Shown one piece after another: positions 18,594-28,386 of a stretch of 64,000 nucleotides of DNA; within the stretch, counting starts at the first letter, position 1, and each line of letters opens with the position of its first letter. This stretch comes from a virus, in the IMG/VR virus record IMGVR_UViG_3300033149_003115, positions 32,001-96,000 of that record. The stretch is one strand, 5' to 3'. The notes beneath the pieces were generated by a model. That model saw only the letters and a program-made list of their open reading frames with translations, had not been told where the DNA came from and did not search any database. The translations under genes and the position numbers were made by a program.

Positions 18594-19187
18594 ATGTATA
18601 TGAGAAACTTATATTGTAACGAGATAGAACGCAATAAATGGAGAGCAACCAGAGACTTTGTTAAAAAGTACTTGAGCAGAGATAGTGTAGTACTAGACAC
18701 ATTTGCTGGTGTAGGTTTTATAACTGAAATATACGCCTCTCATGTAAAGAGAGTAGTAGCCATAGAAGTAGATAATGAAGTATTTAAGTCTCTAAAAGAG
18801 CATCTAGTTCCTTACTCTAATATTCAGTACTACAATGAGAATAGTGAAGTTCTAATATCTAGGGGTTTAAATGACAAGTTTGATGTTATAGATTTTGATC
18901 CTTGGGGATGTGCAGACAAGCTAATAGTGAAAAGCTTAAACCTATTAAAAGAACACTCCTATCTGGCTATCACTAACTGTGATCCCTTTGTTATCTCTAG
19001 ATTCAAGTGTACTATTAAGAAATATGGAGAGCCATATATTAATGATTGGAGAGGGTACTCTAAGCGTTATTATGATCAGTTTATATCTCCTGTGCTAGAG
19101 AACAATGGGTTAGAGTCCAAGCTCATCAGTCATATGGACACATCTAATATTTGTAGAATAATAGTGGAAACAAATAGGTTATCATGA
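18594..19187 (+). CDS. class I SAM-dependent methyltransferase, Trm1-like motif
   Basis: VLDTFAGVG; FDVIDFDPWG. Confidence 0.75.
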   Translation: MYMRNLYCNEIERNKWRATRDFVKKYLSRDSVVLDTFAGVGFITEIYASHVKRVVAIEVDNEVFKSLKEHLVPYSNIQYYNENSEVLISRGLNDKFDVIDFDPWGCADKLIVKSLNLLKEHSYLAITNCDPFVISRFKCTIKKYGEPYINDWRGYSKRYYDQFISPVLENNGLESKLISHMDTSNICRIIVETNRLS

Positions 19188-19471
19188 GATGATAAAATGG
19201 TGAGTAAACCATATTATCTAGCTCATCATATTAACAACAGGAGTATAATAGGAACAACAGACTGATGGTGTAATGTATAATCATATGAGAATAGTGGGAG
19301 GATATCCCACTAAGATCTAGTATATGGAAATACCTCTTTGTTAGAAGAGCGTCATGGATAAGGATGATTAAATAAGGTGATCCATTGTCTCTTTCATACT
19401 GAGATCTAACTGATAAGGTTGTATCTTTATATTATCCAAATTTATGATCAATGGTAAAGGAATGATGTATT

Positions 19472-20476
19472 ATGAGTAAACTGATAGAAGTGTATGGAGG
19501 AACACTAGAAGATCTAAAAAATAGGATAGAAGAATCTCAACCACTACAAATGGCATTTCACTCAGACTCTGATGGAGTTGCTAGTGCTTGCTTATTAGCT
19601 TCGATATTTGAGGTGGAGGAGTCTAAGGACTTTCCTTATTCTCCCTCTATATTTGGAGCTTATAGAGAAGGGAACATAGCAGTGGATCTGGGATCTCCTC
19701 TGTTCCCCAGTCAGTGGAAAGGAGTTATAATAGATCATCATGATCACCCTAATCCTAGCTATCCATTGATATGGGGAAGAATACCAACTGGTGGTATTAT
19801 TTATGAGATCTTTAAGGATAGAATACCAGAGGACAAGCTATGGCTGGTGGTGTTATCCCTGGCTGGGGATGGACAACCAGAGCTAATACCTGATGAGATA
19901 TGGGATGCCTTACCAGAGCTATGGTTTGAGCAAGGGAGGGTGTACAAGGATAAGTATAGAAATGTCAAGGCTTATCCATACCCCTTCTTTAGTAAAATAT
20001 CACCACTGGTCAACTCATTGTGTAGAACAGGTAATGTGATGGGAGCTTACAAGCTAGTCAGGAGTGCTAGGGGGATCAGAGACATCATCTTTAACTCCAC
20101 TGCTCTGAGAGCCCAGAGAGAGCTGTCAGATGAGGAGAGCAGAATATATGCTGGAAATGATCCAGAGAGGACACTACAGGTAGAAAAAATAGGACACTTC
20201 AGCCTGGTCTTGATAAGATCCAAGTATCACATAGCTGGTAGGATAGCAGCTGGGTTACAAAAGGGAGATCATTACTCCACTTATATAGTGGTGAACATGA
20301 TCAACAAGGAGGTCTCTATTAGAGGACTACTGGCTAAGTATGTGGCTAACAGGCTAGCTCAAGAGGGTTATCTATGTGGAGGACATGCAGGGTTCACAGC
20401 TTGTAGTATCTTACCAACTCAGAATATGGAAGTATTTGTTTCTAAGGTAAGGGAAGTGTTAGCTAGAATTAAGTGA
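19472..20476 (+). CDS. DHH phosphoesterase (RecJ/GAN-like)
   Basis: HSDSDG, VDLG, IIDHH, GGH. Confidence 0.8.
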   Translation: MSKLIEVYGGTLEDLKNRIEESQPLQMAFHSDSDGVASACLLASIFEVEESKDFPYSPSIFGAYREGNIAVDLGSPLFPSQWKGVIIDHHDHPNPSYPLIWGRIPTGGIIYEIFKDRIPEDKLWLVVLSLAGDGQPELIPDEIWDALPELWFEQGRVYKDKYRNVKAYPYPFFSKISPLVNSLCRTGNVMGAYKLVRSARGIRDIIFNSTALRAQRELSDEESRIYAGNDPERTLQVEKIGHFSLVLIRSKYHIAGRIAAGLQKGDHYSTYIVVNMINKEVSIRGLLAKYVANRLAQEGYLCGGHAGFTACSILPTQNMEVFVSKVREVLARIK

Positions 20477-20482
20477 TCTTAG

Positions 20483-20695
20483 ATGTCTAAGATGGAAGAT
20501 CCAGTGTACTCCTTATTTTTTAATACACATTATGAGGTGATCACTATTCAATCTCTTAGACCAGTATGGGTGGGAGATAAGATGGTATTTAATAAGCGTA
20601 CTAAGGTGATTAGAAAGAACCTCAGTCTGATGGACAAGCTAAGGTATTATTGGAGAGATCTCAGACTATGGATAAGGATGAAGAGCTCAGGATAG
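20483..20695 (+). CDS. hypothetical protein
   Basis: ORF in operon. Confidence 0.45.
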   Translation: MSKMEDPVYSLFFNTHYEVITIQSLRPVWVGDKMVFNKRTKVIRKNLSLMDKLRYYWRDLRLWIRMKSSG

Positions 20696-20899
20696 CTCCT
20701 AATGTTTATCACTCCTCTACGGGTTCAGAGGTAACATTGAGATCATTGGAACATAGAAAAGGAGCCTTTATCAGATCTAGCTTCCCAGGTTCCAGCATTG
20801 TTCTAACTACGAGATTATCCATGCTCCAGTCAGTCGAAACTATTAGTAAGATCATTATGAGATAGCTTTGTTAATAGGAAAATAGGTGATAGAAGATCT

Positions 20900-21175
20900 A
20901 TGAATGTCTTGAAGGATAAACTATATCGAGAATATCTGAAAATAAAAGAGGCTCGTGTAGAGCTGAATGACCTGCTATCCCAATGGGAGCACCTATCTCT
21001 AGCCTTTGGCTCAAATGAGAGCTCAGTTAAAAGACTAGAGGATCAGATCAATAATATCTACAAGGAGTTCCCATATCTCTCATCCAAAGCTGATACTCTC
21101 AATATACAGTTTCCATTGATCCTTAGGTTTATTAAGTACATGGACAAGAGGATTGGAATACTTGAAGATCTATAG
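20900..21175 (+). CDS. helical hypothetical protein
   Basis: AGGTGA RBS; ends GILEDL. Confidence 0.6.
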   Translation: MNVLKDKLYREYLKIKEARVELNDLLSQWEHLSLAFGSNESSVKRLEDQINNIYKEFPYLSSKADTLNIQFPLILRFIKYMDKRIGILEDL

Positions 21176-21190
21176 TGAAGGTGATATGAT

Positions 21191-22111
21191 ATGATGAAGG
21201 TGATAGTAACAGGTGGGTTGGGGTTCATAGGTAGTAACCTGGTGGAGAGGCTAGTAAAAGAGGACTATGAGGTGACTATCTTTGATAACTACCACACTGG
21301 TAGCTTTGCTAATGTGAAAGAGTTCTACGATAGTAAAGTATACGATCTAACTCATCTTAGATACTTTGGTAAGAATGATGTGGTCTTTCACTTTGGGACA
21401 CCATCATCATCCCCTATGTACAAGAGGAATCCTCTGCTAGTATCGGAGGCTATAAGGGACTTTATTAGAGTGTTGGAGTATTGTAAAAGAACTAAGAGCA
21501 AGCTGGTGTTTGCTAGCTCCTCCAGTCTCTACAATGGTAACTATACCCCTTTTAAAGAGAATATGAGCATTAAGGTCACAGATTACTACACTGAGGCTAG
21601 ATATAGTATGGAGAGACTAGCTGAGCTATATTCTAAGCTACATAAAGTTAGATCCATAGGACTCAGGCTCTTTAGTGTCTATGGTCCCAGGGAGGAGCAT
21701 AAGAAGCAGTATGCTAATGTCATCACTCAGTTCCTATGGAAGATGTTAAAAGATGAGCAACCAGTGATCTATGGAGATGGCACTCAGACCAGGGACTTTA
21801 TACATGTCAGTGATGTGGTTGATGCATGTATGTTAGCCATGAATTATAGAACTAAGTTTGAGATCTTCAACATAGGGACTGGTGATGCATACTCCTTCAA
21901 TGATGTGGTAGAGCTTCTGAACCTACTACTTCTTAAGGACATATCTCCTAAGTATATCAAGAACCCTGTTAAGAACTATGTTAAGCACACACTGGCTGAC
22001 ACCAGGAAAGCTGAGAGAAAGCTCAAGTTTAAGTCTAAGGTTGATCTGGAGAAAGGGGCTAGAGGTTTAGTGGAGTATTACCTGTATAACAACTTGTTCG
22101 ATGGGATCTAG
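21191..22111 (+). CDS. NAD-dependent nucleotide-sugar epimerase/dehydratase
   Basis: TGGLGFIG, SSS, LRLFSVYGP, GDGTQTRDF; catalytic YxxxK reads YxxxR. Confidence 0.9.
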   Translation: MMKVIVTGGLGFIGSNLVERLVKEDYEVTIFDNYHTGSFANVKEFYDSKVYDLTHLRYFGKNDVVFHFGTPSSSPMYKRNPLLVSEAIRDFIRVLEYCKRTKSKLVFASSSSLYNGNYTPFKENMSIKVTDYYTEARYSMERLAELYSKLHKVRSIGLRLFSVYGPREEHKKQYANVITQFLWKMLKDEQPVIYGDGTQTRDFIHVSDVVDACMLAMNYRTKFEIFNIGTGDAYSFNDVVELLNLLLLKDISPKYIKNPVKNYVKHTLADTRKAERKLKFKSKVDLEKGARGLVEYYLYNNLFDGI

Positions 22112-22315
22112 ATGTCTAAAGAATATGATGGGTACGTCATTAAGAAGCTCTCCTATAGGGTGTGGCTAGTAGTGTCACCTGAAGGGAGATCATACTATGT
22201 TATCTTAACAGATAGAAAATGGATATGTACCTGTCCTTATTACAATAGGTTTCCAAGAGCTTGTAAACATATTAGATATGTGATCAGGTCTATCATGGAG
22301 GAGAGTAAGAAATGA
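22112..22315 (+). CDS. SWIM zinc-finger protein
   Basis: CTCP...CKH. Confidence 0.8.
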   Translation: MSKEYDGYVIKKLSYRVWLVVSPEGRSYYVILTDRKWICTCPYYNRFPRACKHIRYVIRSIMEESKK

Positions 22316-22530
22316 CCATTTCTCCTTCATCAGGATGTTGGATATCCTCTTCTACCTTAGAAGGTACCTTAGAAGGTACATTTTCTATATTAATAAAATG
22401 TGATATATGTGGTAGAGAAGCTGATATCAGATCTTGCTCTCAGATCTTTGTAAGAGATAAGCAGATATTCCTGTGTGAGGAATGCACAGTGAAAATGTTA
22501 GGTAAGCTAATCACTGTTGTGGATCTCTAG
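22312..22530 (+). CDS. small Zn-finger protein
   Basis: CDICG...CEEC; ends ITVVDL. Confidence 0.6.
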   Translation: MTISPSSGCWISSSTLEGTLEGTFSILIKCDICGREADIRSCSQIFVRDKQIFLCEECTVKMLGKLITVVDL

Positions 22531-22771
22531 AGGTATTGAAATGAATAACATAGAAGCATTTTATATTACCTTAGACTCTTTTAGACACACAGCTGACATT
22601 AGAGTGGATCTCTCTATTTCAGATCCCTTTAAATGTCATAATTGTGAGGGTTTTATAGACCAGGGGAAAGGATATTTTATTTTAGATCCTAAGAGACACA
22701 AGGTGTTTCACCTCTGTAGAAACTGTGGAAATGAAGTGTTAAAGAAGCTAGAAGTGATAGAATGTTTGTGA
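22517..22771 (+). CDS. small Zn-finger protein
   Basis: CHNC...CRNC; ends EVIECL. Confidence 0.6.
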   Translation: MWISRGIEMNNIEAFYITLDSFRHTADIRVDLSISDPFKCHNCEGFIDQGKGYFILDPKRHKVFHLCRNCGNEVLKKLEVIECL

Positions 22772-22783
22772 GAGTGAATAGAA

Positions 22784-23773
22784 TTGGTTAAACTATCAGA
22801 TATACCTGGAGTGGGTCCATCCACTGTGGAGAGGCTAGAAGCTAAGGGAGTATTAACTGTAGAGCAAATGTCTATTATGGATCCAGAAGAGCTTAAAGCT
22901 ATTCTGGAATGTTCCCTGGCTAAGGCTAAGAAGCTGATCAAAGGAGCTAAGGATCTAAGCAAGGATGCTATCAAGATCCTAGATGGGGATGCACTACTAC
23001 AGGAGAGAAAGAGCAAGATACAAAGAATATCAACAGGTAGTAAGGATCTGGACACTATACTGGGAGGAGGGGTACCAACTGATGCACTAACAGCATGGTA
23101 TGGACAGTTCAGTACAGGGAAAACACAGCTTTGTAACCAGTTGGTTATTAATATGAAGAAACAATACAATAGAAAGTCAGCTTGGATAGAGACAGAGCCT
23201 CAGACCTTGGTGATAGAGAGACTACTAGAAATATCCAAGGCTCAGGGAGTTGACTTTGATCCCAAGACTGATCTATATGTGATAACAGCTAAGTTCATGG
23301 ACTCTCCTGTTCACATGTTCAAGGCATATGAGGCTATAGAGTCTAAGATCAAGATGGGAGAGGACATAGGGCTAATAGTCATAGACTCCTTTAATGCTAT
23401 CTTCAGGAGCACTTACACTGGTAGAGAGATGTTGCCAGCTAGATCAGCTGAAACTGGTAGACATATAGGGTACCTACAGAAGCTAGCATCCAAGTATAAC
23501 ATAGCAGTTGTGATGACTTTACAGGTGATGGGAGTTCCTGACTCTGGTTCTCAGCTTGGAGCCATTAAGCAATATGGGATCAGAGAGGTGCCAGTGGGTC
23601 CTCATGTCCTGAAACATGGGGTTAATTACATGGTTGGATTACAAAGGATATCAGCTAATGACAGAACATGGTCAGCTATAGTGGCAGATGGTCCTGTTCC
23701 TAGGGGAGATTGTGTGTTTGTAATAGATGAGACAGGAATTAGAGACTTCAGGAGTAGAAAGGGAGTAAGATAA
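22784..23773 (+). CDS. radA: RadA/Rad51-family recombinase
   Basis: N-terminal HhH (IPGVGP), RISTGSKDLDTILGGG, GQFSTGKT, LIVIDS. Confidence 0.9.
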   Translation: MVKLSDIPGVGPSTVERLEAKGVLTVEQMSIMDPEELKAILECSLAKAKKLIKGAKDLSKDAIKILDGDALLQERKSKIQRISTGSKDLDTILGGGVPTDALTAWYGQFSTGKTQLCNQLVINMKKQYNRKSAWIETEPQTLVIERLLEISKAQGVDFDPKTDLYVITAKFMDSPVHMFKAYEAIESKIKMGEDIGLIVIDSFNAIFRSTYTGREMLPARSAETGRHIGYLQKLASKYNIAVVMTLQVMGVPDSGSQLGAIKQYGIREVPVGPHVLKHGVNYMVGLQRISANDRTWSAIVADGPVPRGDCVFVIDETGIRDFRSRKGVR

Positions 23774-24013
23774 ATGAGTAATATAGCTACTTTTTCTATT
23801 AGCCCTAAAACTTGGACATCAGTCAAGAAAAGGTGTCCATTAATAGAGATATGTAATAGGAAAATACCAGAAGACATATTTAAGTTCACTTGTATGTCCA
23901 CTGACTACGTATATTGTGAATACTTTAAGGAACATGCTACTAAGGATATGCTAGACAAGATATTCAAAGAGCCTAAAAAGTGGTTAGCTATGAGAGTAGC
24001 TGAGGACATATAA
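23774..24013 (+). CDS. small Cys-containing protein
   Basis: Ends RVAEDI. Confidence 0.55.
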   Translation: MSNIATFSISPKTWTSVKKRCPLIEICNRKIPEDIFKFTCMSTDYVYCEYFKEHATKDMLDKIFKEPKKWLAMRVAEDI

Positions 24014-24014
24014 G

Positions 24015-24347
24015 ATGAATAGCTATCTTGTAGTTCCTTTCTTAGAGACAGTGTACTTCCTCATAGGGTTGAACTTTGGTAGAGCATTTGGTAAGAAGCT
24101 GGATCAAGAGATACAGAGAAGTGAATGGTATAAGAGGAGATCCAAACCTACTAGATGGATGATCAGGAGAATGTTGGACTTTACTCATCACTGGTACATA
24201 GGGGCATTAATGATGATTTATTCTAGCTGTCCAGAAACCTACTGGTTCGGAGCTGGATTACTAATAGACGACTTACCAGACATTCCAAGAAGAATCAAAT
24301 CAGTTTTAGCTGATTTAAAGAAAATGGCAAAAGAAAATAATCCTTAA
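24015..24347 (+). CDS. small membrane protein, homing-endonuclease target (chimeric 3' end)
   Basis: HHW...GAGLLIDD motif; C-terminal half duplicated at 24827..24961. Confidence 0.75.
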   Translation: MNSYLVVPFLETVYFLIGLNFGRAFGKKLDQEIQRSEWYKRRSKPTRWMIRRMLDFTHHWYIGALMMIYSSCPETYWFGAGLLIDDLPDIPRRIKSVLADLKKMAKENNP

Positions 24348-24368
24348 AGATATTATGAGGTTAGAATA

Positions 24369-24821
24369 TTGGACTGGTCTTATATAGCTGGGTTTATAGA
24401 TGGTGAAGGCAATATTGGATTGATGAAAAGACGAGGCACTAAAAGAATAGAACCTTATTTGAAGATGGTGAACTCAAATAGAGAAGTTCTTGAAGAAATC
24501 GAGAAATTCATAGGAGCTGGTGTTGTGAGGTTAAATAACAAAGGTAGCTTTAAAAAGAACTGGAGGAAAACTTATGTTCTTGTGTTCAACTCTAGAGATA
24601 ATATTAGGACTATCTTAAAAAATTGTATAAATGATTTAATAGTAAAACAGAGACAAGCTGAGCTCATGTTAGAGTTCATTAAAATTAGAGATCTCAAATG
24701 TAGATCAGGTTCCCCCTTAAAAGGGAGATCAAGAGGTTCTTCAAGCTTTGATGAAGAATTAAAAATATATGAAGAGATGAAAAAGTTAAACTTTCAACGA
24801 GGTAAGGCACATTATAAATAG
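24369..24821 (+). mobile_element. free-standing single-motif LAGLIDADG homing endonuclease
   Basis: YIAGFIDGEG; LIVKQRQA; locally AT-rich. Confidence 0.9.
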
Positions 24822-24826
24822 AAAGG

Positions 24827-24961
24827 ATAGGAGCACTTATGATGATTTACTCTAACTGTCCAGAGACTTATTGGTTTGGAGCTGGTATCCTGGTTGATGA
24901 TCTCCCTGATATCCCTAGAAGAGTAAAAGAGGTAATGTCTGATCTGAGGAGAGAGCCTTAA
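24827..24961 (+). pseudogene. displaced original 3' end of the 24015 gene
   Basis: Encodes IGALMMIYSNCPETYWFGAGILVDDLPDIPRRVKEVMSDLRREP-stop. Confidence 0.85.
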
Positions 24962-24964
24962 AGA

Positions 24965-25624
24965 ATGACTATCTATGTTGATATCCATGAGCCGTCTTCT
25001 ATGTCCACTAAGCTCAAACACCTTGGGGTGGATGTCAAGGTGATGGACCTTAAGGTGGGGGACTACTGGGTGGGAGATGCCATGATAGAGCGTAAGACCA
25101 TAGATGACTTCCTCAGATCCATAGTACAGAAGAGATACTATAAGCAGCTTTACAACATGATGAAGAACACCAAGAAGGGGATGGTCTACATTACTGGAGT
25201 ATATCCCAAAGTACCTCCGATGAGGAGAGTTGGGGGTAAGCTAAGACCTATAGACATAGAAAGTGTGTTGAGGACTCATAGGATCGTTAGCTATTATTCC
25301 TTTAGAATACCAGTGTTCCATGTTAGCTCTGATGATGATCTCATCAAGGATCTGCTGGAGTATCATACCAAATCAGGTAAGAATGTCTCTCTCAAACCCC
25401 TGGACATCAGACGTAAAGCTGATAGCCTGGAGGATATCAGGACTAACATATTTGGATCCATACCAGGGATAGGGAGGAAGACAGCTAACTACCTGGGTAA
25501 GCATCTCTCTCTAGAGAGTGTGTTCTCCATGTCGGTGGATGAGCTTAGAGATCTTAAAGTAGGAAATAAGAGATTAGGAAAGAGAGGTGAGCACATATAC
25601 AATGTCTTCCATGATAAGAGATAA
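24965..25624 (+). CDS. xpf: XPF/ERCC4 structure-specific nuclease with HhH
   Basis: VDIHE, VGDY, IERKTIDD, IPGIGRKTA. Confidence 0.85.
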   Translation: MTIYVDIHEPSSMSTKLKHLGVDVKVMDLKVGDYWVGDAMIERKTIDDFLRSIVQKRYYKQLYNMMKNTKKGMVYITGVYPKVPPMRRVGGKLRPIDIESVLRTHRIVSYYSFRIPVFHVSSDDDLIKDLLEYHTKSGKNVSLKPLDIRRKADSLEDIRTNIFGSIPGIGRKTANYLGKHLSLESVFSMSVDELRDLKVGNKRLGKRGEHIYNVFHDKR

Positions 25625-25826
25625 GAAGGATGTTGAGCTAGGAAAGGATATACCCTCTATCAAGAAGCAGCTAGGTAGACCTGTCACATGCTTTGGATGT
25701 GGTAAGATAATAGAGAACCTAGAGGACATCAGGTGGGGTAGAGTAGTGATAGAAATGGGTAATCTAAGGTTTAGATACCTGGCTCCATTCTGTAGTGACA
25801 AATGTGTGGTCACTTATGAGCTGTGA
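25587..25826 (+). CDS. TRASH/MYM-like Zn-finger protein
   Basis: CFGCG...FCSDKC; ends VVTYEL. Confidence 0.6.
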   Translation: MSTYTMSSMIRDKKDVELGKDIPSIKKQLGRPVTCFGCGKIIENLEDIRWGRVVIEMGNLRFRYLAPFCSDKCVVTYEL

Positions 25827-25880
25827 GATGAAATATCGGTTAGTATCGGATCATAGTAACAACCTAAAGGAGGATACGAG

Positions 25881-26909
25881 ATGAGTGAGAAGATACCTAA
25901 GAAAATAGTAGATAGGTTAGTGAAACACTCAGAGCAATATGGAATATCCATGGATGAGCTGAAAGAGGAGTACATGGAATACCTAGGACAAGTGAGAAAG
26001 GAGTTCAGTGATCTACCAGAGAGGAAGCAAAAGGTCCTGGCATACAGAAGACTAAAAGCAAGGCTGAAAGCTGAGGAGGGTGGGATTGGATCCAGAGCAG
26101 TTATGCACAGTGCTTTCTTCATAGGAGAGTCAGGGTTACAGAATACAGCTGATCAGATGATAGCTAAGATAAAGAGAATGTCAACTGAGGAGCAAAGGAT
26201 CTTTCATCCTGATCCCAACACGTGGCTAGACTACAGAGAGGGTGACACCTACCTTAAACCAATAGAGGGATATGATCATAGGACATACTATGCTGTTGGA
26301 TCAAGTGGTAAGGAGATAGACAAGAGCAGGTTAGGATTCATGGCTATACAGGCATGGAGGAAAGCTGCTACAGCCCTGAGCCCTGAGCTAGGGGTTGTGT
26401 ATAACTTCAGAGCTATCAACAATGGAGGGGACAAGCAGCTCAAGTACTATGATCTGAATGCTACTGAGATAACCAGGCTAAGAGAGTCCTCTAAGCAGCT
26501 AACAGAGGATGAGAAAGAGTATCTGATAAGGAACTGTGGATGGGAGATATACACACTAGCAGACTTGGACATGTTGTATAAGACTCATTTCCAAGCTAAT
26601 GAGCTAAATGGGAATAGAGTCTTCGATAGACAACCAGTCTTCATAGAAGCTGATGTCTCTAACATAGTTTTTAGAGATGATAGATCTACCAGAGTGTCCC
26701 TGGATGATGAGCTGGAGACAGGGGATTTCGTTTCAACTGCTTATGTCCCACACTACTTACCTATTAAGTTCAAGCAGGGAGATAGGGTAATATTTCTAGC
26801 AGAGCTTGGAGAGATCACATCCAGGACAGGTGATACCAGCACAGTGCTATTTGTCAAGGGGTACTTTAGAGTCCCAGAGTCTAGTAAAGCAATAGACTTC
26901 CTAGACTAA
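25881..26909 (+). CDS. putative OB-fold ssDNA-binding/recombination protein
   Basis: Strong RBS, replication context, OB-like C-terminal half (FKQGDRVIF), acidic-aromatic tail IDFLD. Confidence 0.45.
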   Translation: MSEKIPKKIVDRLVKHSEQYGISMDELKEEYMEYLGQVRKEFSDLPERKQKVLAYRRLKARLKAEEGGIGSRAVMHSAFFIGESGLQNTADQMIAKIKRMSTEEQRIFHPDPNTWLDYREGDTYLKPIEGYDHRTYYAVGSSGKEIDKSRLGFMAIQAWRKAATALSPELGVVYNFRAINNGGDKQLKYYDLNATEITRLRESSKQLTEDEKEYLIRNCGWEIYTLADLDMLYKTHFQANELNGNRVFDRQPVFIEADVSNIVFRDDRSTRVSLDDELETGDFVSTAYVPHYLPIKFKQGDRVIFLAELGEITSRTGDTSTVLFVKGYFRVPESSKAIDFLD

Positions 26910-26917
26910 CCTATTTA

Positions 26918-26935
26918 TTCCTCTCTTTTTTTTTA
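26918..26935 (+). terminator. oligo-T archaeal terminator
   Basis: Pyrimidine/T-run directly after the stop codon. Confidence 0.5.
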
Positions 26936-26949
26936 ATGTAAGAGGTGAT

Positions 26950-27249
26950 TTGTTTATGATGATAATTGGAGTAGAGATCAAAGATGCCATAAGGGTAAAG
27001 GGGAGAATAGTCTGGAATAACCCTTATAGGAGAGAGAAAGGACCCAGGTCTGATAAGCATCCTGTGTTTAGAGTTAAGAACAGGAGTCTGAGGACTTTGA
27101 TGTGGTTGTATGGTTTATTTAGAGAGGAGGGTGTTGTCCCATCAGCTATGGATTTTTCTCTATTAACCGAGGTGATCAGTAAGAAGATCGGTATCACTAG
27201 ATATGGAGCTTATGACTATGCTAGAGCATTGTCCTATATTACTTCATAA
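26950..27249 (+). CDS. hypothetical protein
   Basis: GAGGTGA RBS. Confidence 0.5.
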   Translation: MFMMIIGVEIKDAIRVKGRIVWNNPYRREKGPRSDKHPVFRVKNRSLRTLMWLYGLFREEGVVPSAMDFSLLTEVISKKIGITRYGAYDYARALSYITS

Positions 27250-27277
27250 TTAAGTAGAAAAGAGGTGAACTAAGAAT

Positions 27278-28174
27278 ATGAGTGATGGATATAGTAGGTT
27301 ATGGGAAGAGAAGGGTGATGAGTGGGAGATCCTGTATCTAAGCCCTGATGAGATCAAGGGGATATCCCAGTACAATGCTAGGAAGACATTCCCTGATAAG
27401 GAGCTAGAGGAGCTGGTGATCTCTCTGAGAGAAGCTGGTATTAACACCAGACCTATCATCCTGGACCAGCACAATGAGGTGGTGGAGGGTGGTAGAAGAT
27501 ATCAAGCAGCTCTCAAAGCTGGGCTAGAGAAGGTCTTCTGTCTTAGAAAGACCATGACACCTCTGGAGGCTAAAGTAAGATCCTTCATAGAGAACGAGCT
27601 ATCATATGACATGACTGAAAGAGACAGATATCTCTTTGCTAAGGATCTGGTTGAGAAAGAGGGGATCAAGCCAGAGGACATAGCTTTCATAGTGGGAAGA
27701 TCACATAGCACTGTTAGAGAATGGTTAGCCTATGAGAAATACCCAAAGGTGCTCTCAGAATCTGATGCCAGGGATGTGTATGATACTCAGTCAGCTAGAA
27801 AGAGAAAGATCCTGAGGGTCACTATAGATAACCCAGCCTTCCAGGATGATCCAGAGGCTGCTCTCAAGCTAGCAAAACATCTGGACAAGATCAGGCATAG
27901 GACACTGGACGATATTAAGCAGGATGTCAAGGAGGGAGTCTTCAACTCTCATGCATCAGAGAAGGTGGATAGGATAGTGAGGAGGGAGGAAGAGCTCTCA
28001 TCACACCCTGAGAAGTTTAGGCTTAGACATCTAAGGGTCCCTAGAGAGCTGGACAGGAGGCTGATCAAGGTATTCAAGTTTGATTATCCCAAGGATCCAG
28101 TGGAGGATGCTATAGTGAAGATCCTGGAGGACTATGTGAATACAAGAGAAAAAGAGCTGGGGTTTGTACGATGA
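27278..28174 (+). CDS. ParB/Spo0J-like protein
   Basis: YNARK...ELVISLREAG...VVEGGRRYQA, SFIEN, HTH IAFIVGRSHSTV. Confidence 0.85.
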   Translation: MSDGYSRLWEEKGDEWEILYLSPDEIKGISQYNARKTFPDKELEELVISLREAGINTRPIILDQHNEVVEGGRRYQAALKAGLEKVFCLRKTMTPLEAKVRSFIENELSYDMTERDRYLFAKDLVEKEGIKPEDIAFIVGRSHSTVREWLAYEKYPKVLSESDARDVYDTQSARKRKILRVTIDNPAFQDDPEAALKLAKHLDKIRHRTLDDIKQDVKEGVFNSHASEKVDRIVRREEELSSHPEKFRLRHLRVPRELDRRLIKVFKFDYPKDPVEDAIVKILEDYVNTREKELGFVR

Positions 28175-28386
28175 GGGTAGTGATAATCTTTGACACAACT
28201 GAACCATCATTTGAAGCTGAAGTGTTCCATGATGGGGTCAAGAAGAAGAACCTTAGTAACCTGTTCTTGTTACTAAGACCCACTCAGCTTCCCATATATG
28301 AGACCTTCCAGAACATCCTATTTTATGATATTTTAGAAAAAGGGATCAATGCTGTTAAGAAAGAAAGAGTGGTAGAGGAGCTATAG
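28171..28386 (+). CDS. hypothetical protein
   Basis: Ends RVVEEL. Confidence 0.55.
   Translation: MRVVIIFDTTEPSFEAEVFHDGVKKKNLSNLFLLLRPTQLPIYETFQNILFYDILEKGINAVKKERVVEEL

Noticed and set aside
19197-19380. Possible remnant of a nucleoside deoxyribosyltransferase-like gene (KPYYLAHH...)
   Set aside because: Multiple stops and too little sequence to support the call.
22353-22379. 12-nt tandem duplication (TLEGTLEGT)
   Set aside because: A single in-frame slippage event with no wider pattern.
24198-24826. Archaeal bulge-helix-bulge intron encoding LAGLIDADG
   Set aside because: The insert supplies an in-frame replacement end with its own stop codon, so splicing is unnecessary, and I found no convincing terminal pairing.
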